Below are positions 1-6,871 of a stretch of 10,415 nt of DNA, in pieces (within the stretch, counting starts at the first letter, position 1; each line of letters begins with the position of its first letter). The stretch is from contig DATFEP010000070.1 of the NCBI GenBank assembly GCA_035250975.1, forward strand, positions 1 through 10,415, written 5' to 3'. A model generated the notes under the pieces. That model was not told the DNA's origin. It was given only the letters and a program-made list of their open reading frames with translations, and made no database searches. The DNA comes from Nitrososphaeraceae archaeon. GTDB taxonomy: Archaea; Thermoproteota; Nitrososphaeria; Nitrososphaerales; Nitrososphaeraceae. The position numbers were made by a program, and so were the translations under genes.

Positions 1-2635
1 GTAGTTCTGTTTTGGATTGATCATCATCAGCATCAAAATGTGATACAGATAATTTTTTATCAGGTTTTGAATAATTCAAATTTGAGTTTTCATCTTTATT
101 AGATAATTTTGCAATTTTACAAATTTCTTCTGTGGAAATAGGTGAGTGGGGTGAAAGGGGTGAAGGCAATATAGAGATTGAGCTATTATAATGGTCTTCC
201 TTTTCTGTTATAGCATGACGTGTATCGCTATAATTGAGGTCATTATCAACTGATTCCAGATTATAATCTCTGTTATTCGGTATACCATTTTCATATAGAG
301 ACTGGTGCTTATCCCTAGGACTATTCATCGACTTCACCCTATTCACCACTGCCTCTTCTATTCCATAATTCATTATGTCAGTATCATTGTCATTATCTCT
401 ATCCTCATTTTCCTCGTTATTAGAATTGTTTACATCTTGTTTATCATTACCGACGTTGATGTCATCATTATTATTTTCATTATCATCGTCGTCACTTATT
501 TTTGGTCTGACTTTAATTTTGTTACTATATGTTTTACTAATCCTACTTATTATTTCAGTGTCAAATATGAGTATATTTCCATCTTTTCTATGTTTAGTCT
601 TTACACCAAAGATATCTCTCAATGTATTTGTTATAGTAGTTCTGTATATTGTGCCATATTCTTCTGTATGATATTCATTTGGTTTCTTATCGTCATCTCT
701 ACCCGGAATACTATCTGTCATATAGGACCAAAATGTGGAAAATGGAAATTCGTTACCATATTGAGATATCAAGTTTACTATTATAGGCAGTAATGCAGAT
801 TCTATAGTAGATTCTTTTCTTTGGTTCTTTAAATCCAAGAATTTTTGTAATGTTGCAATTACTATTTCTAAGGATTTTGTTTCATTAAATAATTGAATGG
901 GTGGTTTCGCTAATTCTTTATCTCTTCCATAAATCCCTATATCAATATCAGGAATAGGATCTTTGAAATGTACTAATCGATATATGAGCATTGTTTTTCG
1001 CAAGTCGGTTATCTCATTAAGCAGGCGTATATGTTCTAAACTTCCTGTTTCGGTTGGATTGAGTACCTCTTTGATATCATATTCTGCTATTCCTTTGTAG
1101 CAATGAATTGTAAATGTTCTATCCATTACTCCCTTTGCAACTGTTTGGTTTGGCGCTTTTTCTGCAATTATTATCTTCATACCAAAACTGAAAAAGAATT
1201 CTTGTTTGTTAGTAACAGTATTGATTCGTGAAACTCTCCCGTTATTGGAATATCCTGTTTTTAATACATTCATAAGATCCTGAGATTGGTCTATTCGTTC
1301 TGCCTCTTCAAGTATTATAGTGCATTGTCCTGGTTCAACGTTTCCAAGTAATCTAAATAGATTGGGAGCAGTAGGATCGGTCATTATAACAGGTCTGTAT
1401 GCAATAGCGCCAAAAGTATCACCAAATGAACTTTTACCACTTCCATTACCTCCAATAATAAGATCATAGTGAACAGTACTAAATCGATCTTGAAAGTATG
1501 AATGAAAAGCGTCTATGGCAATTGAATTTAATTTATGATCGTCTTGATCATTGTATTTTGAATTAGTGCAATTTATTTTTTTAAATAAAGAATCGTGATC
1601 CTCTTTATTTTTTGCTCTTTCTATGTATCTATTAATTTCATCTATATTTTCAAATTCATATGGTTCGTATGGATATTCTTCTGGTTGTGGTGGTACCAGT
1701 ATTCTACTATTTTCTTCAATCTGTTCTTTGATTTCAATGCTATTATCACTGCTATTATCGTAGCTAAGAAAACATGGTTTTCCATCTAGTATAATTGCTT
1801 CATATAATTTTCCTCTCCCTTTGTTGGAATATTTGTAAGTAGTGATTTTTGGTTTTTTCTTGTTATCTTTATTATTGTTACTATCATTGTCCTTGTTATG
1901 TTTATCATTCTTATGATTTAGATAATTATTGGTATTGTTAATTTTGCCGTTACTATTCTCATTTTCCCCAATGCTCTTATTTGTCAGGATCTGTTTTTCC
2001 AGATATTTTTCTTGTTCTTGTAGGATTTGATTTATTGAATCTTGTTTTTCCTTGAAATAGTTTTCAGGTGAAATATTGTCTTTCGTATCTTGGTTTATTG
2101 TATACACGGAATCATAGTTGGTGCCATCAATGAATTTGACCTTGAGAACTGATAATATGCTATCGTGATACATTTTAAAATTAATATCTTCAAAAATTCT
2201 TCCTACTGCTTGTTTTAGCACATATTTTCTTTCTTCTGGGACCAGTAATAATAATGCCTTAATAGAATCTAATGATAAATCCTGTAGACTTACTTTGATG
2301 TAGGGAACTCGTTCTAATAGAGAGATCTTTTTGTAATGCTGCGAAAATCTGTAGTAATATTTTCGATTATCAAGTATTTTCGGTTCATCAGAAAAATCTA
2401 GATCCAAATTGAAATCATACCAATTTTGTTCTTGAATTGTTTTATTACGAAATTTTTCGATTTGTTCCTTATACCTCTGAATATCCATATCTGTTGTTGC
2501 TAGTTGTTGTTTGATTTCATCACATAATGCTGAATTCGTATATACTTGCTCGGTTGATTTCATATAGTTATCGCCTCTACCTTTGTTTTTGTTAGCATCA
2601 ACATCGTTAGTCTTACTATCATAATACTGGGTCAT
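1..2635 (-). CDS. Large P-loop AAA+-type ATPase with a C-terminal wHTH-like region; putative replication initiator/helicase resembling DUF3631-containing proteins; >=878 aa, 3' end outside the window
   Basis: Manual translation from ATG 2635 (MTQYYDSKTND...), preceded by AAGGAG, finds no stop down to base 1. Walker A GGNGSGKS at 1453-1430 (aa 395-402), then TAPNLFRLLG, Walker B-like TIILEEAE (1321-1298), VLKTGY..GRVSR, FGMKIIIAE and a putative Arg finger VMDRT (R506). GRDKELAKP and a wHTH-like segment TITNTLRDIFGVKTKHRKDGNILIFD follow. It is probably missing from the ORF track because it has no stop in the window. Confidence 0.9.
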   Translation of the reverse strand, partial: MTQYYDSKTNDVDANKNKGRGDNYMKSTEQVYTNSALCDEIKQQLATTDMDIQRYKEQIEKFRNKTIQEQNWYDFNLDLDFSDEPKILDNRKYYYRFSQHYKKISLLERVPYIKVSLQDLSLDSIKALLLLVPEERKYVLKQAVGRIFEDINFKMYHDSILSVLKVKFIDGTNYDSVYTINQDTKDNISPENYFKEKQDSINQILQEQEKYLEKQILTNKSIGENENSNGKINNTNNYLNHKNDKHNKDNDSNNNKDNKKKPKITTYKYSNKGRGKLYEAIILDGKPCFLSYDNSSDNSIEIKEQIEENSRILVPPQPEEYPYEPYEFENIDEINRYIERAKNKEDHDSLFKKINCTNSKYNDQDDHKLNSIAIDAFHSYFQDRFSTVHYDLIIGGNGSGKSSFGDTFGAIAYRPVIMTDPTAPNLFRLLGNVEPGQCTIILEEAERIDQSQDLMNVLKTGYSNNGRVSRINTVTNKQEFFFSFGMKIIIAEKAPNQTVAKGVMDRTFTIHCYKGIAEYDIKEVLNPTETGSLEHIRLLNEITDLRKTMLIYRLVHFKDPIPDIDIGIYGRDKELAKPPIQLFNETKSLEIVIATLQKFLDLKNQRKESTIESALLPIIVNLISQYGNEFPFSTFWSYMTDSIPGRDDDKKPNEYHTEEYGTIYRTTITNTLRDIFGVKTKHRKDGNILIFDTEIISRISKTYSNKIKVRPKISDDDDNENNNDDINVGNDKQDVNNSNNEENEDRDNDNDTDIMNYGIEEAVVNRVKSMNSPRDKHQSLYENGIPNNRDYNLESVDNDLNYSDTRHAITEKEDHYNSSISILPSPLSPHSPISTEEICKIAKLSNKDENSNLNYSKPDKKLSVSHFDADDDQSKTEL
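141..167 (+). repeat. Three tandem 9-bp repeats GGTGAGTGG / GGTGAAAGG / GGTGAAGGC (iteron-like, left arm)
   Basis: Read directly at 141-149, 150-158 and 159-167; a G-rich patch in AT-rich sequence. Confidence 0.75.
321..347 (-). repeat. Three tandem 9-bp repeats GGTGAATAG / GGTGAAGTC / GATGAATAG on the minus strand (iteron-like, right arm, inverted relative to 141-167)
   Basis: Plus strand reads ctattcatc (321-329), gacttcacc (330-338), ctattcacc (339-347). Confidence 0.75.
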
Positions 2636-2655
2636 TTTCTTACTCCTTTTTCTAA

Positions 2656-2835
2656 TCATTCAAATTTCGATTTGCAATCGCTGCATACTCGTACAGGGAT
2701 TTGTTTTTGACCTGCAATGAGTACTATGTTTAAAGTTGCAGGGTTATTGCAATTTGTAGCATAACAAATATTTTTATTATAGGTATAATTTCTAGGAGAA
2801 ACAAATTTATCCTTAGGAATGTTGTTATTATTCAT
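2656..2835 (-). CDS. Small C4 zinc-finger/zinc-ribbon protein, 59 aa
   Basis: Manual translation: MNNNNIPKDKFVSPRNYTYNKNICYATNCNNPATLNIVLIAGQKQIPVRVCSDCKSKFE*. It has Cx4C...Cx2C, GGAGAAGG upstream of the ATG, and a stop 20 bp before the ATPase ATG. It is probably just below the ORF track length cut-off. Confidence 0.8.
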   Translation of the reverse strand: MNNNNIPKDKFVSPRNYTYNKNICYATNCNNPATLNIVLIAGQKQIPVRVCSDCKSKFE

Positions 2836-3091
2836 ACTTACAAATAACCTTCTCCATAGGTTTTTTGTTAGTACCTAGTTTACATGATTGTGGTCCAGGA
2901 AGACAAGAATCATGTAAACTATTCTTGTTTTTGCGTAATAGGTTTCTAATCCAATAAAGAATTTCGTATATCTTTCTTTGTATTGAATTAGTTACTTCTT
3001 TAACTATACTAAATCTAAATATTCTTTGCTGATTGTTACTTACAACCAGATTCCTATCAGATTTAAATATTTTAATTAATAATTTTTGCAT
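2828..3091 (-). CDS. Hypothetical basic protein, 87 aa (uncertain)
   Basis: ATG start, co-oriented with the element genes; its stop overlaps the Zn-finger ATG (ATGAATAA), as expected for translational coupling. No recognisable motif, and it contains a strong hairpin, so it may be non-coding leader. Confidence 0.4.
   Translation of the reverse strand: MQKLLIKIFKSDRNLVVSNNQQRIFRFSIVKEVTNSIQRKIYEILYWIRNLLRKNKNSLHDSCLPGPQSCKLGTNKKPMEKVICKYE
2876..2921. repeat. Perfect 14-bp inverted repeat with 18-nt spacer (hairpin)
   Basis: TAGTTTACATGATT (2876-2889) pairs with AATCATGTAAACTA (2908-2921); the spacer can add GTC/GAC pairs. Confidence 0.8.
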
Positions 3092-3291
3092 CGCTGTATT
3101 AATATAATTTGCATATAATAAATTAAACCAATTCTAAATTGAACATTTGATTTTATGTTACCCCCTGAATAAAGACTATAATAAAAACCTATATGTTACT
3201 AAAATACGATTTTGAAAAAGGTTTATAGGATAATTATTGAGAAAAAATTTAAGATACAAAAACTAGATATTGATTTAGTTTTAATAATTGA

Positions 3292-4854
3292 TTATATGAT
3301 TTTTTCTAGAACATGTCTTTTAATATGTGCTAATTTGGGGTTTTGTTGGACCAAATCAAAAATTGTATCAATTTTCTGGTTCATCTCATCATACTGTTGT
3401 TTTAGTTCAGATACTTCATTTTCTTTTCTTTGATTTTCTTCGATAATCTCATTATATGAATCATGAGATAACACCATTTTACACTTTACACAGAATTTCG
3501 ATCCTGGTTTATTAGGTTCATAACAATTAGGACATTCTCTAGATTTTAAAGCATTTGATAACTCTTGTTCTCTTATATTTATTATTCCCCTTTTTTCTAA
3601 TAGGATTTTTGAAGATTCATTGTTAAGATGGACATAAACCTGAGGCATCTTACTGGACATGGTCCATCCGGCGTGATCTCTTAGCACTGCTTCAGGAAGA
3701 ATTTTACTTTTTTCCGTAAGTGACGAATGTCTAAGGATATACACATTCCATGGTTTTGTAAGCATATTTCTTATCCAAGACTTGTCAGATTCTGGTATGG
3801 TATTATCATTTAATAGTCTTGGAAAATATTTTTTCTTGTAATATTCATATCTACTTTCTATTGCGTTGTAGGTTAATCTTGAACCATGATTATCTCCCAT
3901 AGATACAAAAACCCATGAATCAGGATTGTCGACATTGGTAGAATATTCTTCCTGGGATTTAGAAGATAAATACTCTTTTAAAAAAGGTATAGAATCTATT
4001 AACGGCACCTTTCTTGTTCCTGTCTTTCCTTCAACAATCCTAACTTCAGCATACTGTCTTTCTTTATCCTCCGTTACATGAAATTTAATATCTTTAATCT
4101 TTAGGTTTAATAGTTCATGTGGACGACAGGAGGTATCCACCGACAATGAGTGGTAGCATCTGTCTCTTGGACTTGGGCAATATTTTAGAAAGATTGCATG
4201 TTCCTGCTGGTCCCAGATATCTTCTGAATTGTATGACGATTTTTCCTTTCTTGGTAGCTTTCGAACTCCTCTCATACATTCTGGTGTTTCTCTCTTTCTT
4301 GGATCTGGTTCATCTGGATTGTACAACCACCTAAAGAATTTGTTTAGAATCATTTGTCTACCGTTATAGCTGCCAATCCACCTGTGAGTAGGATCTTCAG
4401 CAGACGACTTTCTGAGTTTATTCAGAAAACTAAGAATATCTTCTTTATTCATGTCTTTGAAAGATTTTTCATCTTGAAAATGATTTGACAACCAGACAAG
4501 AATCTTGATTTTACCTTCTTTTGTAGAATCTTTTATGTTTATTTCTGTCTGTTCCGCTAAAATATAACTGCAGATTTTTCGTGCATTCTCTACATTTCTA
4601 TTTGCTAATGTTCTTAAAATTCTGTTAAAATATGGTTTTGATAAAGACTCTGTTAAAGAATCTATCTTACGTTCTAGTTCTGCATATGATCTATTACCAT
4701 TTTCCTTTTCCTTTCCTTTTTTTGTTACCTGTAAAGTCTGCAAAGTCAATTTCGTTTTAAAAAATCTTTTCCTCGAAATTCCTTTGTAAATCTTATTCTT
4801 ATTCCTTTTTGTAGAATCCACGTTTGACGCGCGGGGAGTGGGATTCGAACCCAC
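3292..4854 (-). CDS. int: Tyrosine recombinase/integrase with C-terminal C4 Zn ribbon and coiled coil; true start uncertain (TTG 4749 or 4743 if independent of the tRNA)
   Basis: Catalytic set, numbered from 4854: R244 (SCRPHELLNL), K277 (EGKTG), Y372-x-x-R375 (YILRH), W397 (HAGW), Y407 (PQVYVH). CPNC...CVKC at aa 441-458. The first 8 codons of the track ORF (GSNPTPR) are tRNA T-arm and acceptor sequence, and the first ATG is only at aa 135. Confidence 0.95.
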   Translation of the reverse strand: MGSNPTPRASNVDSTKRNKNKIYKGISRKRFFKTKLTLQTLQVTKKGKEKENGNRSYAELERKIDSLTESLSKPYFNRILRTLANRNVENARKICSYILAEQTEINIKDSTKEGKIKILVWLSNHFQDEKSFKDMNKEDILSFLNKLRKSSAEDPTHRWIGSYNGRQMILNKFFRWLYNPDEPDPRKRETPECMRGVRKLPRKEKSSYNSEDIWDQQEHAIFLKYCPSPRDRCYHSLSVDTSCRPHELLNLKIKDIKFHVTEDKERQYAEVRIVEGKTGTRKVPLIDSIPFLKEYLSSKSQEEYSTNVDNPDSWVFVSMGDNHGSRLTYNAIESRYEYYKKKYFPRLLNDNTIPESDKSWIRNMLTKPWNVYILRHSSLTEKSKILPEAVLRDHAGWTMSSKMPQVYVHLNNESSKILLEKRGIINIREQELSNALKSRECPNCYEPNKPGSKFCVKCKMVLSHDSYNEIIEENQRKENEVSELKQQYDEMNQKIDTIFDLVQQNPKLAHIKRHVLEKII

Positions 4855-4913
4855 GTGTTCTTACGAACATGGGATTAGCAATCCCACGCCCTACCAGGCT
4901 AGGCGACCCCCGC
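4830..4913 (-). tRNA. tRNA-Ser(GCT), intron-less, CCA not encoded
   Basis: Minus strand GCGGGGGTCGCCTAGCCTGGTAGGGCGTGGGATTGCTAATCCCATGTTCGTAAGAACACGTGGGTTCGAATCCCACTCCCCGCG. Acceptor stem GCGGGGG/TCCCCGC, anticodon arm TGGGA-TTGCTAA-TCCCA, long variable arm TGTTC-GTAA-GAACA, T arm GTGGG-TTCGAAT-CCCAC, discriminator G. Confidence 0.97.
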
Positions 4914-4967
4914 TCTATAAAATATTTCATTTATCGATGGTATTAACTATGTAAATTGAAAGTTATA

Positions 4968-5543
4968 TTAATTTATTATTTCCCATTTGCCATCTTTTAA
5001 TATAAACGTGCTGGAATAATTTTTACCATTTCTTCTCGCACGGAATGGAATCCATTTTGCTGACAAATCATCAAAATGGTATACAACTTCGGTTATATCA
5101 TTAGGTAGATTTGCAAGTTGTGTTGGTACAATATCAACTAGATATTCAATTTTTTCAATGGCTATCTCGAATGGTTTATCAAGTTTATTTATAATACAAA
5201 ATACAATGTCTGAATTTATATTAATGACTCCAGCAAATTTCAATAAAACTAACACTGATCTTTTTCCCCTTCTATGTTTAATTTCTTTGATAATATTTTT
5301 AATAGAATACCATCGTTCAGGTGTGAGAATCGTAAAGAAGGAATCATCAAATTTACCAGAAAAAGCTAGTTCTATTAACGTTAGTGAATAGTCATTTTCA
5401 ACCATATGAGAATATTCTTTCTCTATTTCATCTAATGATAATTGTTCTTCTGTAACATAGAATGATTTTGTTAAATAAATATATATTACTTCTATTTCTC
5501 GAATAGAAAGATTGTGATAACGAAACTGTACATGAGATTCCAA
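4968..5543 (-). CDS. Hypothetical protein, 191 aa
   Basis: Uninterrupted ORF with TTG start and globular alpha/beta-like composition, co-oriented with its neighbours; no motif recognised. Confidence 0.8.
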   Translation of the reverse strand: MESHVQFRYHNLSIREIEVIYIYLTKSFYVTEEQLSLDEIEKEYSHMVENDYSLTLIELAFSGKFDDSFFTILTPERWYSIKNIIKEIKHRRGKRSVLVLLKFAGVININSDIVFCIINKLDKPFEIAIEKIEYLVDIVPTQLANLPNDITEVVYHFDDLSAKWIPFRARRNGKNYSSTFILKDGKWEIIN

Positions 5544-5800
5544 TTGATATTTTTAACTATTATTAACAAAAATTTATAGGTTTAATTATTTATTTAATAG
5601 AAATAATGATTTACGTTTTTCATATATTTTGAAATAACCTGTATAAATTATCACATATGTTTACAATTAATTTCATTTTTTAAATTGATATTGCTGATTT
5701 TGAGGTTGAATTTTGTTTAATGGTACACAAAGAACATATTTTTAGAACATAACAAGCCATCTTCGAAAAATATATGATGAAAATACGTTTTTGTAACAAA

Positions 5801-6079
5801 TCAATATTGTGGAGTTATTATTATCATCTCAGTCAATCGTTTATGAATAGATATATAATGTACACCTTTAAAGGTTACTTTATATGTTTGTGTGTTAGAC
5901 TTATATTCTAATAGGTCCTTTTGTAATAGTAATGCAAGATATTCTTTCAGTTGTGAATAAGATAAGAATGCACTGTACATGATTTTAGTAGCTGTAATAC
6001 CATCATTGCTTTTACTGTTAGAAACAGATTCTAGAATAAAAGCTATGATCTCATTTCTGCTTCTATTTTTCATGTTCAT
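5801..6079 (-). CDS. Winged helix-turn-helix transcriptional regulator (COG3432 / HTH_45-like)
   Basis: RSRNEIIAFILE...TKIMYSAFLSYSQLKEYLALLLQKDLLEY...YKVTFKG fits the archaeal RSRxEIIxxIL...TxIMYxAxLS...YxxTxKG pattern. Confidence 0.9.
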   Translation of the reverse strand: MNMKNRSRNEIIAFILESVSNSKSNDGITATKIMYSAFLSYSQLKEYLALLLQKDLLEYKSNTQTYKVTFKGVHYISIHKRLTEMIIITPQY

Positions 6080-6334
6080 TAATATTTATAATAATATGTT
6101 AACTTTAAGAAAGATTTAATTTAAAAAAATAGATAGAATAGAGGTTTTTTAAATTCTCCAAGTATTTTATGCATGACTCTTCAAAGCTATTCAAGATACT
6201 TAAGTATAATATTATAATATTTTATATTAAATTCAATTAAACAGGTTATTATCCTTAATCAAATACAAATTAATATGTTAAAAAAACTCATTCTTCTGCA
6301 AATAAATGATAATCATTTTGAAAATATTTACGAA

Positions 6335-6775
6335 TTATTTAGTATTTTTTTCGTTACTTATATTGAATGTAATATTTTGCATATTAATTTTTGATTCATT
6401 ATATAATAAATTTATTTCTACTAAAACTGTCCCAAATTTTTGAATATCAGGATTTATTGTCCATGAATAATTATACCATTTTGAGGGAGTAATATTTAAT
6501 GAAAATGGTTGAGCGATTCCTGACAAATAAATTATATTTCCTTCTATAAAAGCAGTTTGATTAATTTTATTATTTAGAGTAGTATCATTTAATAAAAATC
6601 GAATTATTTGTTCTTCTCCTAGATTGATAGGATTTTTTAATATTCTAACATCTAGTGACAGCAGATCATTAATTTTATACTCTTGAGAAAATGAGATGTG
6701 TAGATCAAATAATACTGATAGTATTATTATAACAAGTAATAATTGATTCAAGATATAAGGATTAACCAAAGACAA
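6335..6775 (-). CDS. Hypothetical secreted or membrane-anchored protein, 146 aa
   Basis: N-terminal hydrophobic stretch LLLVIIILSVLF followed by a beta-strand-rich (Ig-like) region with several NxS/T sequons (NDT, NQT, NIT, NYS, NES, NIS). Confidence 0.7.
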   Translation of the reverse strand: MSLVNPYILNQLLLVIIILSVLFDLHISFSQEYKINDLLSLDVRILKNPINLGEEQIIRFLLNDTTLNNKINQTAFIEGNIIYLSGIAQPFSLNITPSKWYNYSWTINPDIQKFGTVLVEINLLYNESKINMQNITFNISNEKNTK

Positions 6776-6796
6776 ACCTAGTAGAATTAAAGAATC

Positions 6797-6804
6797 CTAT
6801 AAAT
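6797..6804 (-). promoter_or_regulatory. Candidate TATA box (ATTTATAG) for a leaderless transcript of 6335-6775
   Basis: Lies 22-29 bp upstream of the TTG at 6775, the usual spacing for leaderless archaeal mRNAs. The AT-rich background lowers confidence. Confidence 0.4.
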
Positions 6805-6825
6805 CTTAACGTAATAAATGCTAAT

Positions 6826-6845
6826 TTGTCAAATTAATTTGACAA
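6826..6845. promoter_or_regulatory. Perfect 20-bp palindrome TTGTCAAATTAATTTGACAA (candidate operator)
   Basis: Read directly; extendable by CTAAT (6821-6825) and ATTAG (6849-6853) across a 3-nt bulge. Intergenic, just upstream of the candidate TATA box. Confidence 0.55.
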
Positions 6846-6871
6846 GAAATTAGAATAATATTTTATCAAAA

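Larger units (their letters stand above)
1..4860. mobile_element. Right end of an integrated element (plasmid- or provirus-like) inserted at tRNA-Ser(GCT); left boundary lies outside the window
   Basis: A tyrosine integrase lies immediately downstream of and overlapping the tRNA 3' half, followed by a co-oriented cluster of a small Zn-finger gene and a large P-loop replication-type ATPase. The exact att boundary cannot be fixed because the second att copy is not in the window. Confidence 0.85.

Noticed and set aside
66-85. Palindromes TTTGAATAATTCAAA (66-80) and TCAAATTTGA (76-85)
   Set aside because: Almost all A/T and inside coding sequence; expected by chance at this composition.
305-793. 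Plus-strand hydrophobic ORFs 305-793 and 375-671
   Set aside because: Antisense shadows of the N/D-rich tail of the minus-strand ATPase gene; the I/F/L/S richness is just the complement of AAT/GAT codons.
1595-1789. Plus-strand 64-aa ORF
   Set aside because: Antisense to the ATPase gene; no independent evidence.
2661-2754. Apparent multi-stem or kissing-loop RNA (CCTGCAA/TTGCAGG, TTGCAAT/ATTGCAA, TACTC/GAGTA), considered as a riboswitch or ribozyme
   Set aside because: The stems are short, no hammerhead core (CUGANGA...GAAA) is present, and the TGCA repeats are explained by Cys/Ala codons of the 59-aa Zn-finger ORF.
3212-4334. Plus-strand ORFs 3212-3433 and 4119-4334
   Set aside because: Antisense overlaps of the integrase gene; no motifs.
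4830-4913. Alternative call as tRNA-Leu, because of the GCGGGGG 5' end and long variable arm
   Set aside because: The anticodon is GCT and the discriminator is G, both consistent with Ser.
5158-5391. Plus-strand 77-aa ORF
   Set aside because: Antisense to the 191-aa gene.
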